Positions 49,681-61,202 of a DNA stretch of 64,000 nt are shown here, piece after piece. The notes under the pieces were generated by a model that searched no databases, had not been told where the DNA came from, and saw only the letters and a program-made list of their open reading frames with translations. The position numbers were made by a program, and so were the translations under genes. Position 1 is the first letter of the stretch. Each line of letters starts with the position of its first letter. Origin of the DNA: Squalus acanthias (lineage: Eukaryota); contig CM059433.1 of the NCBI GenBank assembly GCA_030390025.1, positions 5,456,001 to 5,520,000 on the forward strand, written 5' to 3'.

Positions 49681-50374
49681 ATGAAGGTATCATGGCTGCT
49701 GCTGGAAATGCGTGAAGGAGCTGACTGACGTTCTGGCAAAAAACACAAACAACTTCCTAATTTTCTCCTGGAAACACAGCAACAAAATGAGAAGACCCTG
49801 CAATTTCTTTCGCACTTCTGGATCCCCCAAATTCCAGACCGTTACTGATAGAAAGAAGAAAGACAGAATTTATATTTATATAGTGGCTTGCAACAAATTA
49901 CTGATGAACTGTAATTACTGTGTTTCAGGCAAAAGCGACAGCTAATTTTCACACAGCGAGGTCCCACAAAATGAAATAAATGGCCAGTTAACCTGTTTTG
50001 GTGGTGGTGGTTGAGATAGGAAAATTGGCATCCAGGCCCGTACACATGGCCTGATATCCTTCAGGAGCTGCAAGGGATTCCAAGCCATCAACATGCAACT
50101 GGGCAGTAACGAGCAACGCAAGATCATGCAGGAGACGGGCTGCTTCAATGGAAGGGAAAATCGGGTGTAATAGCAGGCTGCCAATTAGCCATTGCCCGGG
50201 TTATGCCCCTGCTGAAGTTGAACGTTCCGCTCAGTCTGTTGCATAGTGCCCAACATTGCCACCTAGAGAGACCTAACAATGGAGCAGGTGATGGCGGGGG
50301 AAGCCCACCTATAAGCCTGTTCGTCAGCTGGAAGCTATCCCTGCTGAAATCGCATTTCAGGCTGCCAAGAAACA

Positions 50375-50780
50375 GTAGTGCAGTGGTCTAATTATCCAGA
50401 GAACATGAGCTCAAATCACCACCATGACAATTTGAATTCTGTTAAAAAATTTAATATCAGTGAAAGTGACCATGAAGCTGTTGGATTTTCATTAAAAAAA
50501 ATAATTGGTTCACTGATGTCCTTTAGGGAAGGAAACCTGCCAACCTTAACCGATATGAGACTCTTAACTATACTCTGAAGTAGCCTAGGAATTCACTCAG
50601 TGTTATCAAACCACTACAAAGAATAACAGGAACAGACACTTTCACCACGCTGGCTGTTGCGGTTCAAGAAGAAGGCCCATCACTACCTTCTCAGGTCAAC
50701 TAGGGATGGGCAATAAATTAATTTAGAAAGTCACGTGGCAGGCTTTCCTAGACGAGATCTTCAGTTAAATGCCACATCGG
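50375..50780 (+). mobile_element. Decayed SINE carrying the third-family LINE tail
   Basis: B-box-like GAGCTCAAATC; core GGTTCACTGATGTCCTTTAGGGAAGGAAA; tail AACTAGGGATGGGCAATAAA. Confidence 0.65.
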
Positions 50781-50834
50781 CCCAATGAATTAGCAACTCC
50801 TCTTCACATGAGCACAATCCAGTGGCTCAATACA

Positions 50835-51160
50835 TTTTTTTTATTCGTTCACGTGATGTGGGCGTCGCTGGCAAGGCCAGCATTTATTGCCCATCCCTAA
50901 TTACCCTGGAGAAGGTCCCTTCTTGAACCGCTGCAGTGCATGATACTTCTCTGTAGCGGCTTGGTACAGCTGAGTGGCTCGCTGGGCCATTTCAGAGGGC
51001 AGTTAAGGGTCTGGAGTCACATATCGGCCAGACCAGGTAAGGACGGCAGATTTCCTTCCCTAAAGGACATTAGTGAACCAGATGGGTTTTTACAACAATC
51101 CGATAGTTTCATGGTCACCATTACTGATACCAGCTTTTTATTCCAGATTTATTTAATTAA
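50835..51160 (-). mobile_element. Same SINE family, opposite strand, head missing
   Basis: TTTCCTTCCCTAAAGGACATTAGTGAACC and LINE-derived tail TTTATTGCCCATCCCTAATT. Confidence 0.72.
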
Positions 51161-52034
51161 CATCTTTAGTAACATTGGTCCCTGCACGAACATAGCTACT
51201 ATTGGTCTTATTCCTTTCATCTGCTAATCCTGAATTCTGCACTCTCTGATGAAAGTTCTCTAGACCAGCTGAAATAAAGTGCACTTAAATTTAATTCCCT
51301 AACAGTGTGACCAATGTTTCTTGCCCAAGTTCCTCCCCTTGGAGATAGTATATTGTTTGTGTTGCGTCCTAAGCTTTTGCTCCTTCTAGACGCTTCCCCG
51401 GTGGCAGGAGTGAGTGAGGTGACCAACTCTTGGAGTTGAAGTGGTCCTGTACATCCTTGTGCTGGGTCAGAGGATGGCACTGTAACCAGTGTTACCACAT
51501 TCTATACTGTGTGGCTAGCTGGTTCTAATCACTTTTCGTCATTTGAGGGACGAGCTGGATGGATTGGTAGTGCATTATGCTGAGAGGTAGGAATCTTATT
51601 TGTGCCTACTCTAGCCATGACACTGCTAGAGATTTTAACAAAAGGCCTCTGTAGCTGCATTCTGAATATTCACAAGAGATGATCTAGTTGGTCTTAGGGC
51701 CTGTCACTGGGGGCTCTGCAACAGATACCCCTGGAGTTGCTACATGGTGACCATGCATGACTGCACATATGGGGGTGGTGGTCTCCTCCACAGTTGTCAC
51801 TGGACCTTGCAGTGTGTGTGTGTGTGGCACACACTGTAATGACTGGAGTAAACATTGCATCCCTATGTTGTGCAGCTGAAGGAGGATACAGTATTCTAGC
51901 TGTCAGGTTAACGTTCTTCCTCTGCCACTGCTACCTGCTCCTGTTTACTCATGCTCTGTGGCTATAATTACATGGATTTGGATGTACCTGTGCTGGTGCT
52001 TGTTATGGATCAAGTCTTTTGATAAGGTCCTCCA

Positions 52035-52655
52035 TAGAAAGAATAATAGGAGCAGGAGTAGGCCATTCGGCCCTTCGAGCCTGCTCCGCCATTCAATATG
52101 ATCATGGCTGATCCTCTATCTCAGTACCATATTCCCGCTCTCTCCCCATACCCCTTGATGCCTTTTGTGTCTAGAAATCTATCTATCTCCTTCTTAAATA
52201 TATTCAGTGACTTGGCCTCCACAGCCTTCTGTGGTAGAGAATTCTACAGGTTCACCACCCTCTGAGTGAAGAAATTTCTCCTCATCTCAGTCCTAAATGT
52301 CCTACCCCATATCCTGAGACTGTGATCCCTCGTTCTAGACCCCCCAGCCAGGGGAAACATCCTCCTGCATCCAGTCTGTCTAGCCCTGTCAGAATTTTAT
52401 ACGTTTCAATGAGATCCCCTCTCATTCTTCTAAACTCTAGTGAATACAGGCCTAGTTGACCCAATCTCTCCTCATTCAACAGTCCTGCCATCCCAGAAAT
52501 CAGTCTGGTGAACCTTCGCTGCACTCCCTCTATGGCAAGTATATCCTTTCTTAGGTAAGGAGACCAAAACTGCACACAGTAATCCAGGTGTGGTCTCACC
52601 AAGGCCCTGTATAACTGTAGTAAGACATCCTTGCTCCTGTACTCAAATCCTCTTG
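52035..52655 (-). mobile_element. CR1 3' fragment of another subfamily, nested antisense
   Basis: EYRSKDVLLQLYRALVRPHLDYCVQFWSP on -; host CR1 TTTTGATAAGGT..CAT|GGCAGA is split around it. Confidence 0.88.
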
Positions 52656-53337
52656 GCAGATTGGTCACGAAAGTAAAAGCCCATGGGATCCAGGGCAAAG
52701 TGGCAAGTTGGATCCAAAAATTGGCTCAGAGGCAGGAAACAAAGGGTAATGGTTGATGGGTGTTTTTGTGACTGGAAGGCTATTTCCAGTGGGGTTCCGC
52801 AGGGCTCAGTACTGGGTCCCTTGCTTTTTGTGGTATATATCCATGATTTAGACTTGAAAGTAGGGGCTATGATTAAGAAGTTTACAGATGATACTAAAAT
52901 CGGCTGTGTGGTTGATAATGAAGAAGAAAGCTGTAGACTGCAGGAAGATATCAATTAACTGGTCAGGTGGGCAGAACAGTGGCAAATGGAATTCAATCCG
53001 GAGAAGTGTGAGGTAATGCATTTGGGGAGGGCGAACAAGGCAAGGGAATACACAATAAATGGTAGGACACTCAGAAGTGTAGAGGAACAAAGGGACCTTG
53101 GAGTGCAGGTCCACAGATCCCTGAAGGTAGCAGGCCAAGTAGATAAGGTGGTTAAGAAGGCATACAGAATACTTGCTTTTATTAGCCGAGGCATAGAATA
53201 CAAGAGCAGGAAGTTTATGCTTCAGCTGTATAAAACACTAGTTAGGCCACAGCTAGAATACTGCATGCAGTTCTGGTCACCACATTACAGGAAAGATGTC
53301 ATTGCACTAGAGAGGGTACAGAGGAGATTTACGAGGA

Positions 53338-53596
53338 CAACAGAAAACGCTGGAAAAACTCAGCAGGCCAGGCAACATCCGTGGAGAGAGAAACAGAGTT
53401 AACGTTTCAGGTTGAAACCCTTCATCGGAACTGAGAACAGAGCAGGAAATTAAACAGATAAAAATGCAAGGGGGAGGCTGGGGGGAGGAATAAAAGAACA
53501 AAAAGGGTGGTCTATGGTAAGTAGAGACATTAAGAGATGCTCAAGGCAAGACTAGATGGTAATAGGACAGGTTAAGAAACAAAAGGTGAGGTAAAA
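53338..53596 (-). mobile_element. Penelope pLTR fragment with 13-bp TSD and hammerhead motif (53397-53432)
   Basis: AGATTTACGAGGA at 53325-53337 and 53597-53609; minus strand AGTT CCGATGA A GGGTT TC AACCT GAAACGTT AACT. Confidence 0.88.
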
Positions 53597-54732
53597 AGAT
53601 TTACGAGGATGTTGCCTCGACTGGAGAATTTTAGCCATGAGGAAAGACTGGATAGGTTGGGTCTGTTTTCTTTGGAACAGAGGAGGCTGAGGGGAGACCT
53701 TATTGAGGTGTATAAAATTATGAGGGGTCTGGATAGAGTGGACGGGAAGGACCTATTTCCCTTAGCAGAGAGGTCAATAACCAGGGGGCATAGATTTAAA
53801 GTAATTGGTCGGAGGTTAAAGGGGATTTGAGGGGAAATTTCTTCACCCAGAGGGTGGTTGGGGTCTGGAACTCACTGCCAGAAAGGGTGGTAGTCAGAAA
53901 CCCTCATCACATTTGAGAAGTACTTGGATGTGCACTTGAAGTGCCGTAACCTACAGGGCTACGGACCAAGAGCTGGAAAGTGGGATTAGGCTGGATAGCT
54001 CTTTGTCGGCCAGCGTGGACACAATGGGCCGAAATGGTCTCCTTCCATGCTGTAAATTTCTATGATTCTATGAAGTGAGTAAAGCAGGTTGCTATGAAGC
54101 ATCAATTCATTGGGCACCGCTGTGACCTTTGACCAGTTCTTTAGGTTCAATTATGGAAATAGAAGAAGCCCGCATGTCGGAATGCTTGTTGCAAGGCATC
54201 CCTTCAAGCAGAGCTTACATAGCTAATAGTATGTGTTACAGTGGTGCACTGAAATGTATGCACGTGAATGAGTAAGTGAGTAGGGGAGGAATAGGAAAAA
54301 TGGTACTAGCCTACCTGAGCTTCAGGTAGGCCTCCTTCTTCACTATGGACCACACACTCTCAGACTTCAAGACGCTGAGCACAGTCCATTCAAATTAACT
54401 CAATGGCTTAAGACAAGGGGCCCTTTTCCCGTTCATGTTTGCTTCCTCCTGTACTGCATTGCCTTGTCCTCTCAGCAGATGAATAGTGTTGAGATGCTGA
54501 AAGTTTGAAAAGCAGATAGAGTGACACTCAATTATCCAGCCTAAATCCTAGTTTGTGTCTGAATGAATGATCATCTATCATGCAGATAGATTGCATTGTA
54601 AGGTTGTTTTATGGGTGCACTTTTCCAGATGGTTATACAACAATAGTTCCACCTTTAAGTGGCAGTAATAAAATGTGTTCTGGGCGTGGATGTCAAACTA
54701 GAAAAGAACTCTTCCCTAAGGGTTTAGCATGC

Positions 54733-54820
54733 TGCCTGACGAAGGAGCAGCGCTCCGAAAGCTTGTGATTTCAAATAAAACTGTTGGACTATAACCTGGT
54801 GTTGTGCGACTTCTCACTTT
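54733..54820 (+). ncRNA. Minimal hammerhead motif plus 3' end of retroelement family 2
   Basis: TGC CTGACGA A GGAGC AGC GCTCC GAAA GC TT GTG followed by the same AAATAAAACTGTTGGACTATAACCTGGTGTTGTGCGACTTCTCA as at 28307-28350. Confidence 0.75.
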
Positions 54821-55567
54821 TGTATTTAAAGGGTGAGAGAAAATTATGTGGAATGCATAACTTGCCCATCTACTTAGTATAGTGAAATACCGGCTAAGCT
54901 TTCCTTGGGAAACATCTTGAGGCTATTGACCTTTTTTCCTCATTTCCTCCTAAGTTTTTGGCTATTCAACACAACATTTATGTGCCTAGAAATTCTGGTC
55001 CCTAGAGTGATGGAATTCCAGTATAATTGTGGCAAAAAGTTGCAGTTTTGGGTGGAACCCTGATCTGCTGGGTTTTCGGCCAATTTACAGTCTTGACGAT
55101 TGCTTTATCTGATGACTTTCTCCCAGTACTCCAATGCCTATGAGCATTTAATTTCTCATTAGAACATACTGCGAATGTTGCTAAAAGTGTATATGTGATC
55201 AAACATTTCAAAACTATTATCCCTCAACAAAAGTAGCATAGTTCTCTTCCTCTTGGCAAGGTCAAGGTTAAAGGAGCATTGTGGTTAATTTCATTCATCA
55301 TTGATGTCAAAGTTGTTCTGCCGAAAATGACATTTCATATTTACTGACTGTTTGAAATGTGACATCTTCCATGTGGATGTATAATAAATAATTCATCCTC
55401 TCATCCTTCGAGGATTTTTTTGTTTGTGTAAAATTAATGTATTTCCATTACATTTTTTTCTAAAGTATGATTTGGATGACTGCTGAATAGTGATTATGAA
55501 ATAAAAACAAAAACTGTTGGAAATATTCAGGTCAGGCAGCATCTGTGAAGAGAGAAACAGAGTTAAC

Positions 55568-56295
55568 GGGCTGAATTTTAATGTGGAAGGCAGGTTGGGA
55601 GCGGTGGGGGGGAGGGGGGGCGCTCCAAAGCAGTCGGGAAACCCGGGAGAACGGGTTTCCCGCAGGCCCGGCCGAATTTAACGGCAGGGCCTGATTTGCA
55701 TGGGAAGCCCCTGTTTCAGGGCCAGCACTGGGGGAGGGGGGGTCAGGTGAGGATCGGTGGCCGGGAGCAGCCCGGGCAGGGCCGGAGGAGCGGGGTAGGA
55801 GGTGTCAGCAAAGATCAGCGGCCGGAGGAGCAGCGGGGGAGGACACGTGGGGGGATCAGAGGCCTGGGGGGGGGGGAATTCGGAGGCTGGGGGGGGGGGG
55901 AGGGGGGGATCGGAGGCTGGGGGGGGGGGGATTCGGAGGCTGGGGGGGGGAAGGGGGGATCGGAGGCCTCATTGGGGGGGGTCTCTGATCGCGGGGTGTG
56001 GGTTAGGTAGGGACCCTGGATCCAGCACTCCAGTTTGACGAGGCATGTAAAACCTGACCAGCTGAAGATAAATTCAAAATGGAGGTTAAAGCAGAGGCTT
56101 CCAGCCTCATTATGATATTTAAATAAACGACCCGCCTCCTGGCAGCGGATTGGCTGCCCCCCACCCCCGTCCCACCTCTGTTAAAACCGAAAGTGGGCAG
56201 GTTGGAGGTGGGTTCAGGTCGGGATTCAGATATTTAACACTTTAACCTCCCGCACACCCCCAACCCACCCATTTTTTTAGGTTAATATTCCCCGC
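55568..56295 (+). mobile_element. Harbinger-type MITE with G-run minisatellite
   Basis: AAC-GGGCTGAATTTTAA ... TTAATATTCCCCGC-AAT; internal (G)nATCGGAGGCT repeats. Confidence 0.8.
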
Positions 56296-56354
56296 AATGT
56301 TTCAGGTCGATGACCTTTCATCAGAATGACAAAAGGTCAAAGACCTGAAACATT

Positions 56355-57123
56355 GGCCCCGATATTTGCTCGGAGGCAGGGAGGGGGCTGTTTTGCGTTC
56401 AGATCCTGCCGAATTTAATGGCAGGATCTGATTAACATTTTTTGTCTCCGTTTCCCGACCGCAGCCAGCCGGATTGAGAGGCTGCCGGGCGGGTAAGCTT
56501 TCGGCACCAGGCTGAAGCCGGGGAGCAGAGAGGAGGGAGGGAGGGATCGGAAAGGCTGGAGGGATGGGGCGATTGGAGGCCGGACGGGAGATCGGAAGGG
56601 TTGGGGGGGGGGCGGGGTGGGGGGTGAGATTGGCAGGGTCGGGGGCGGGGGGGGGGGGGAGATCGGAGGCTGCAGCTGGGGAGCGCAGAGGATGGAGGGA
56701 GGAAGGGATCTTGAAAGACCGGGAGAGGTGAGGTGGGAGATCGTGGCTCGGGGGGAGTTTGTGGCTCGGGGAGGTCTCCAATCGTGGGGGGAGGGGGTGG
56801 GGGGGAAGCAGGTAAGCTAGATCAATCGGATAAGTGGAAACACCTGCTGGATCCAGGAGTCCTCACCTCCCTTTAGCTGCCAGGTTACCCAAGGCCTGGG
56901 AAACCCGGCCGGCCAGGGTTAAATTTCAAACGCAGCCTTATTATAATATTTAAATGAGGGACTCGCCTCCTGGGAGCGGGTTGATTGCCTGCCCCCCATC
57001 CCGCCTCATTAAAACCAGAATTGGGCGGGCTTGAGGCGGGTTGGAGTCGGGGTTGAGATTTTTAACATTTTAACATCCCACTCGACCCAAAACTGCCCAT
57101 TTTTGGGGGTTAAAATTCCCCTC
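56355..57123 (+). mobile_element. Harbinger-type MITE, same family and orientation as 55568-56295
   Basis: ATT-GGCCCCGATATTT ... TAAAATTCCCCTC-ATT; right ~250 bp similar to the neighbouring MITE. Confidence 0.8.
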
Positions 57124-57559
57124 ATTTTCTATTTATATTTCCAGCATCCGCAGTATTTTGCTTTTGTTTTAGTGGTTATGAAACATAGAAGACAACTGAC
57201 ATAATGAGATAACCATTAAGGCTATTGGTTTATCATGAAATGTACAGAACTGTGGATAGTGATCGACTATCTAGAATTCAAATTTGGTGCTAGCAGATCA
57301 TGGAAATCTCCTGATCTGGCACCATTTCATGCCGAGGTTTTGGTCTGCCAGTTCCTCCCTGATTCTCCTGACTTGCTGCTCCTATATCAGAATGTCGCTC
57401 TCTATACTCCTCCTGTTTTACACACCAGCACTTGTGGAGTTGTGGGTTAAATCTGCAGTGGAAGATTGAAAAGTTTAGCAAGTGTGATGGACTTCCAGTT
57501 TTTCCTTCCATAAAACAATCTGAGTTCACAAATCCACAGGTTTAAAAAAAAGGGCCACA

Positions 57560-57705
57560 GGGTTCTCCTGATCTCCTCCTATAACTTAGGTGAGAAGTTC
57601 GCAGAACCCTTGGAGAAACAGTGTAAATGGCTGTTTTTAGCCATTTACGCCATTTCTCCGAAGGTTCTCCCAATGTCCCACCAGAGAATACCTGGGAAAA
57701 TAACA
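57560..57705. repeat. Small palindromic MITE-like element
   Basis: AGAACCCTTGGAGAAA..GTAAATGGCT gtttt AGCCATTTAC..TTTCTCCGAAGGTTCT dyad. Confidence 0.6.
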
Positions 57706-57747
57706 GGCAAAGAAGTTTATTAAGTATCAGGAATCAGAGCTGGAGAT

Positions 57748-59846
57748 AGGGTTGCCTTTCCCTCAGGCGCGTTTGCTGGTGCAGCAGCGACCCAACCGGC
57801 AGAGGCGGCGACCTCATTGAAATCATTATCAGCTTGTTGTCAGACACTTAAGCGCCTTTTTCCCCTGATCTTTCAAATTTCCCTGCATGCCCACGGGATT
57901 CACGCAGCTCAGGAACCACGTCTGTCAACCTGAGGCGGGAGTTGAGTGGCCATTGATCCAGTTGATTACTTGACAGCATCAAATGTACTATAAAAGCTCC
58001 GACCTCACCGCTGATCACTTTCCTCAGGCAGAAGCTGTTGCTGACTACATTGCCAGCACAGATTTAACTTTCTGCAGGCTGCAAGTGTTTCCAGCAAAGT
58101 CTCCATCCAGTGTCACCTCATTGGAAGAACCTCTCTCACCATTGACAGATTGCTTCTGTCAACTCTACTTGACCTGCCATCTATTCCATCAGTATGGGTG
58201 CCGTTTATACTGTCTCACCTTGGTCCTCAGAATCTGACCACGATGAGCCCCAACACCAGCAGCACCAACAACAACACCACCAACCTTCTGTGCAACCACC
58301 TGATGCTGCACAGGACAGAGGGCATCAGCACCTGAGCACATTGCTGCCCGGGGGGCCAGGGATGGCCTCATCATGGCCAGATCTACTTAACTTTATGCTC
58401 TACACCCATATGGCTGCCATATGCTGCACCAGGTTGACACCACCCCACAGCAACACCATAAACCATCCCCACAATGACCAAGCCATTCCTTTCACACTGA
58501 TCACCATTGGTGGAGGTACTGTTATGCCTCACCATTCACTCCGACTCACTAAGCCACTTCCAAAGGTGCACACAAATTACTCCAAGACCGGAAAGTGGTG
58601 AAAATAAAGATTTTAATGGTTGAGATCACGTTAACAGAAACTTGACATTAACATTGAATAAAACACCCAAGTGGCTACCCTTGTGAATTAGATATGTCAT
58701 ATGAATAATGGGTACACATACCATTACGCACATGATGACCATTCAGTGGCTGATGACATCAGTCCCCATATGAGTGACTGTTTTACGCCATGTAGCTGTT
58801 TGATATGTAATTCTGTCACCAGGTTGCTGAGATGTCCCCCTCTCTCCGTCTCCCACCTCCAGCTGCTCGGCCACTCCCCAGACTTCCAACGCAGCCTCCT
58901 CTGCTGTTGTTAGGGTGGCAAATGATGGCGATCTACCTCCAGGTTTCTCCCTCTCTGTCTTATTGTGGGGTCTCTTATCCTGCAAAGAGGGAAAAAAGAG
59001 AAGATTGAGTGAGAATGATGGAATGAGTGCAACGAATGAATGGGTTACATCTTTAGAGGGAGACTATGATGGATTGGGGTGGCAATGCCAAGTGGGCTCC
59101 TTGCATGTTGTTAGTTCGTATGATTGCATTAGGATGAGGCTGAGTGTGAGGGGTGGCTAGTAAGATGGGGATGTGATAATGTAGATAGAGAGAGAGGGAT
59201 GGATGGACGTGCAAGGTATGTTGGTGTGAGTAAGGATATGCAGGAGTAGGGTTGGGAAGACAGAGTGATGGGGATGTGATGAGAGGCACAGCAGGATGAA
59301 GTTGAGTGTGGCTTTGCACTCCTCACCTTTCCAAATCTAGTGAGATCCGGCACTGCACCCAGGTCCTCCTGAACACATCCCTGCTGTTGACCTCCTCTGC
59401 AATTTGGAGCCAGGCTCTTTTTGTCTCCTGGGGAGGTCTCTTCCGCCCTTTGGAAGGGTAGAGGACCTCCCTGCGTGCTCTGACCCCCTCCACAAGTATA
59501 TGGAGGGATTCATCGGAGAACCTGGGTGCAGCCCTCTGCCTCTGTGCAGCCATCTCTCCAACTATTTGGAGCAATGAAAACCTCTAGTGTGCTGCCTGCA
59601 CACTCCTAGATGAACCTTCAAATGCAATGTGGCATGGCTCCTTTAAATATACCGGCTGAAAACGCGTCATGGACGATGTCATCAGACCCGCACCGTTTAG
59701 TTGGGCCAGGTAACGCGCAGGGCGGGCTTAATAGGCCCCATTAACACAAAGTCGATTTCTGCAGTGGGATGGAAGCAAGAATGGGGTCGCGACCCGCCAC
59801 GCCGCCCGCCCGCACCCGACCCGCCCAGGTACAGAAAACTCCGGGC
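57748..59846 (+). mobile_element. Internally deleted Harbinger (Myb/SANT exon on -)
   Basis: ORF 59323-59574 MAAQRQRAAPRFSDESLHILVEGVRARREVLYP..AWLQIAEEVN..RTWVQCR; an old CR1 3' end resumes at ~59847. Ends approximate. Confidence 0.8.
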
Positions 59847-61202
59847 AAAGAGTGATCGATGCATGGAATAGACTTCCAGATATAGTGGAAGCAAAAACCC
59901 TGGAAGTATTTAACAAATAATTGAATGCTTTAATAGGAGGACTTTAGGATCGTTCTGTGTGGATGGATTTAGATGGGCTGAATGGTCTTCCTCATCTGTA
60001 ACGATCTTGTGGTCCTGTGATAAAGGAATATAGAAAAAATCCCTCGACGTTTTGATCAAAAATGGGAATCATAACTTCAATTTTGCTGTCCTGCTCAAAT
60101 TCTTGGCTTCATTATAGCTATGCTTCAAGGATGGTAGCAGGGTATCACTGTAGCCATTTAGCACAGATGGTCGGAATTTTTATTCTATATCAAGTTTATT
60201 AACTGCAGTTAGATAGTATTTGGATCATTTGAAACATCTGTGAATTCCAAACAAGTATGATAGTGCAAGAGTACAATAGTATAAAGAGGTATCCACACAT
60301 AACTCTGAACATAGTTCTGCCTTAAGCTTACTGAGCACATTGTATGAAGAAAGAACAATAGATATTTCAGAGGATGAAGCAATTGCTAAATGTCTGACCA
60401 CCATAACAGTATGGCTTCAGGAATATTAAGGAGACAAAGAGATTTTGTTCCACAGAACAAGCGATACATTTGCCACTTAATTATAGGTTTCCTTTTTGAA
60501 ATTTTTTTTGCGTAATTGACAACGTTCAATCTTTGCAAAGTGCTGTAAATGGCTACTTTTGAAGCAGACAATAGCAAATTGTACCAAGCCATTATATGAA
60601 AATAAATTGGAAAGACAAATTAAGCAAACTGCAACACTGTGCAGGATGTAGCCCTTGCTTCAACTAGGGCAGCATTCATTTTCAGAGTACTCGGAAACTT
60701 GAAATGTGAGGGTCAATTTTCTGATTTTCATAATTAGATTGAAATAAGGGTCAGAAAATTGGGCAGAGATCTATATTGCTACCAGCAGAAGAATCAGCCA
60801 GTATGCAGTTTACTGCTGCATCACAGAACTCCTTTTTTGCCAAACATCTGCATAGACTGGTATGCAGCACCAACTGGATTGGGAGACCTAAATTTTGGAG
60901 ATGTGTGACAGTCCATGAGTACAAAGCACTACTGATTATATCCACGTCACCATTTGGCACCTGTGGGACAGATCAATAGAAAACATTACTGCTTCCTGTA
61001 CAGATGGTATGTGAGCTCCGGCAAAGAATTTTGGAAGTCAACGCTTGTTTTATGGGCAATGCTCACAATGCACACATATTGATGTAATTAAGGGATCCCT
61101 AGCTGGGAGACTACTCCAATTGTGGCTGAGGACACCTTACTAGAAAGCCCATACCCCTGCAAAAAACACCTAGAGTGCTGCACATGCATCTTGGGTCTGC
61201 TA

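Larger units (their letters stand above)
52014..54073 (+). mobile_element. 5'-truncated CR1 of the same subfamily as 31541-35159, with two nested insertions
   Basis: ORFs 52683-52958, 52986-53402 and 53609-53830 closely match 34020-35159; same TTCTATGA tail. Confidence 0.92.
55497..57170. mobile_element. Penelope pLTR palindrome interrupted by two MITEs; hammerhead motif on - at 56296-56326
   Basis: Pieces 55497-55567, 56296-56354 and 57124-57170 reassemble into the 35586-type palindrome; minus strand TT CTGATGA A AGGTC ATC GACCT GAAACATT. Confidence 0.82.

Noticed and set aside
51244..51280. CTGATGAAAGTTC..CTGAAAT hammerhead-like motif
   Set aside because: Stem II pairs poorly and there is no stem I or III; at most a decayed relic.
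52014..52700. Twin-priming 5' inversion of a single CR1
   Set aside because: The antisense part has its own 3' tail, belongs to another subfamily and overlaps in content, so it is a nested insertion.
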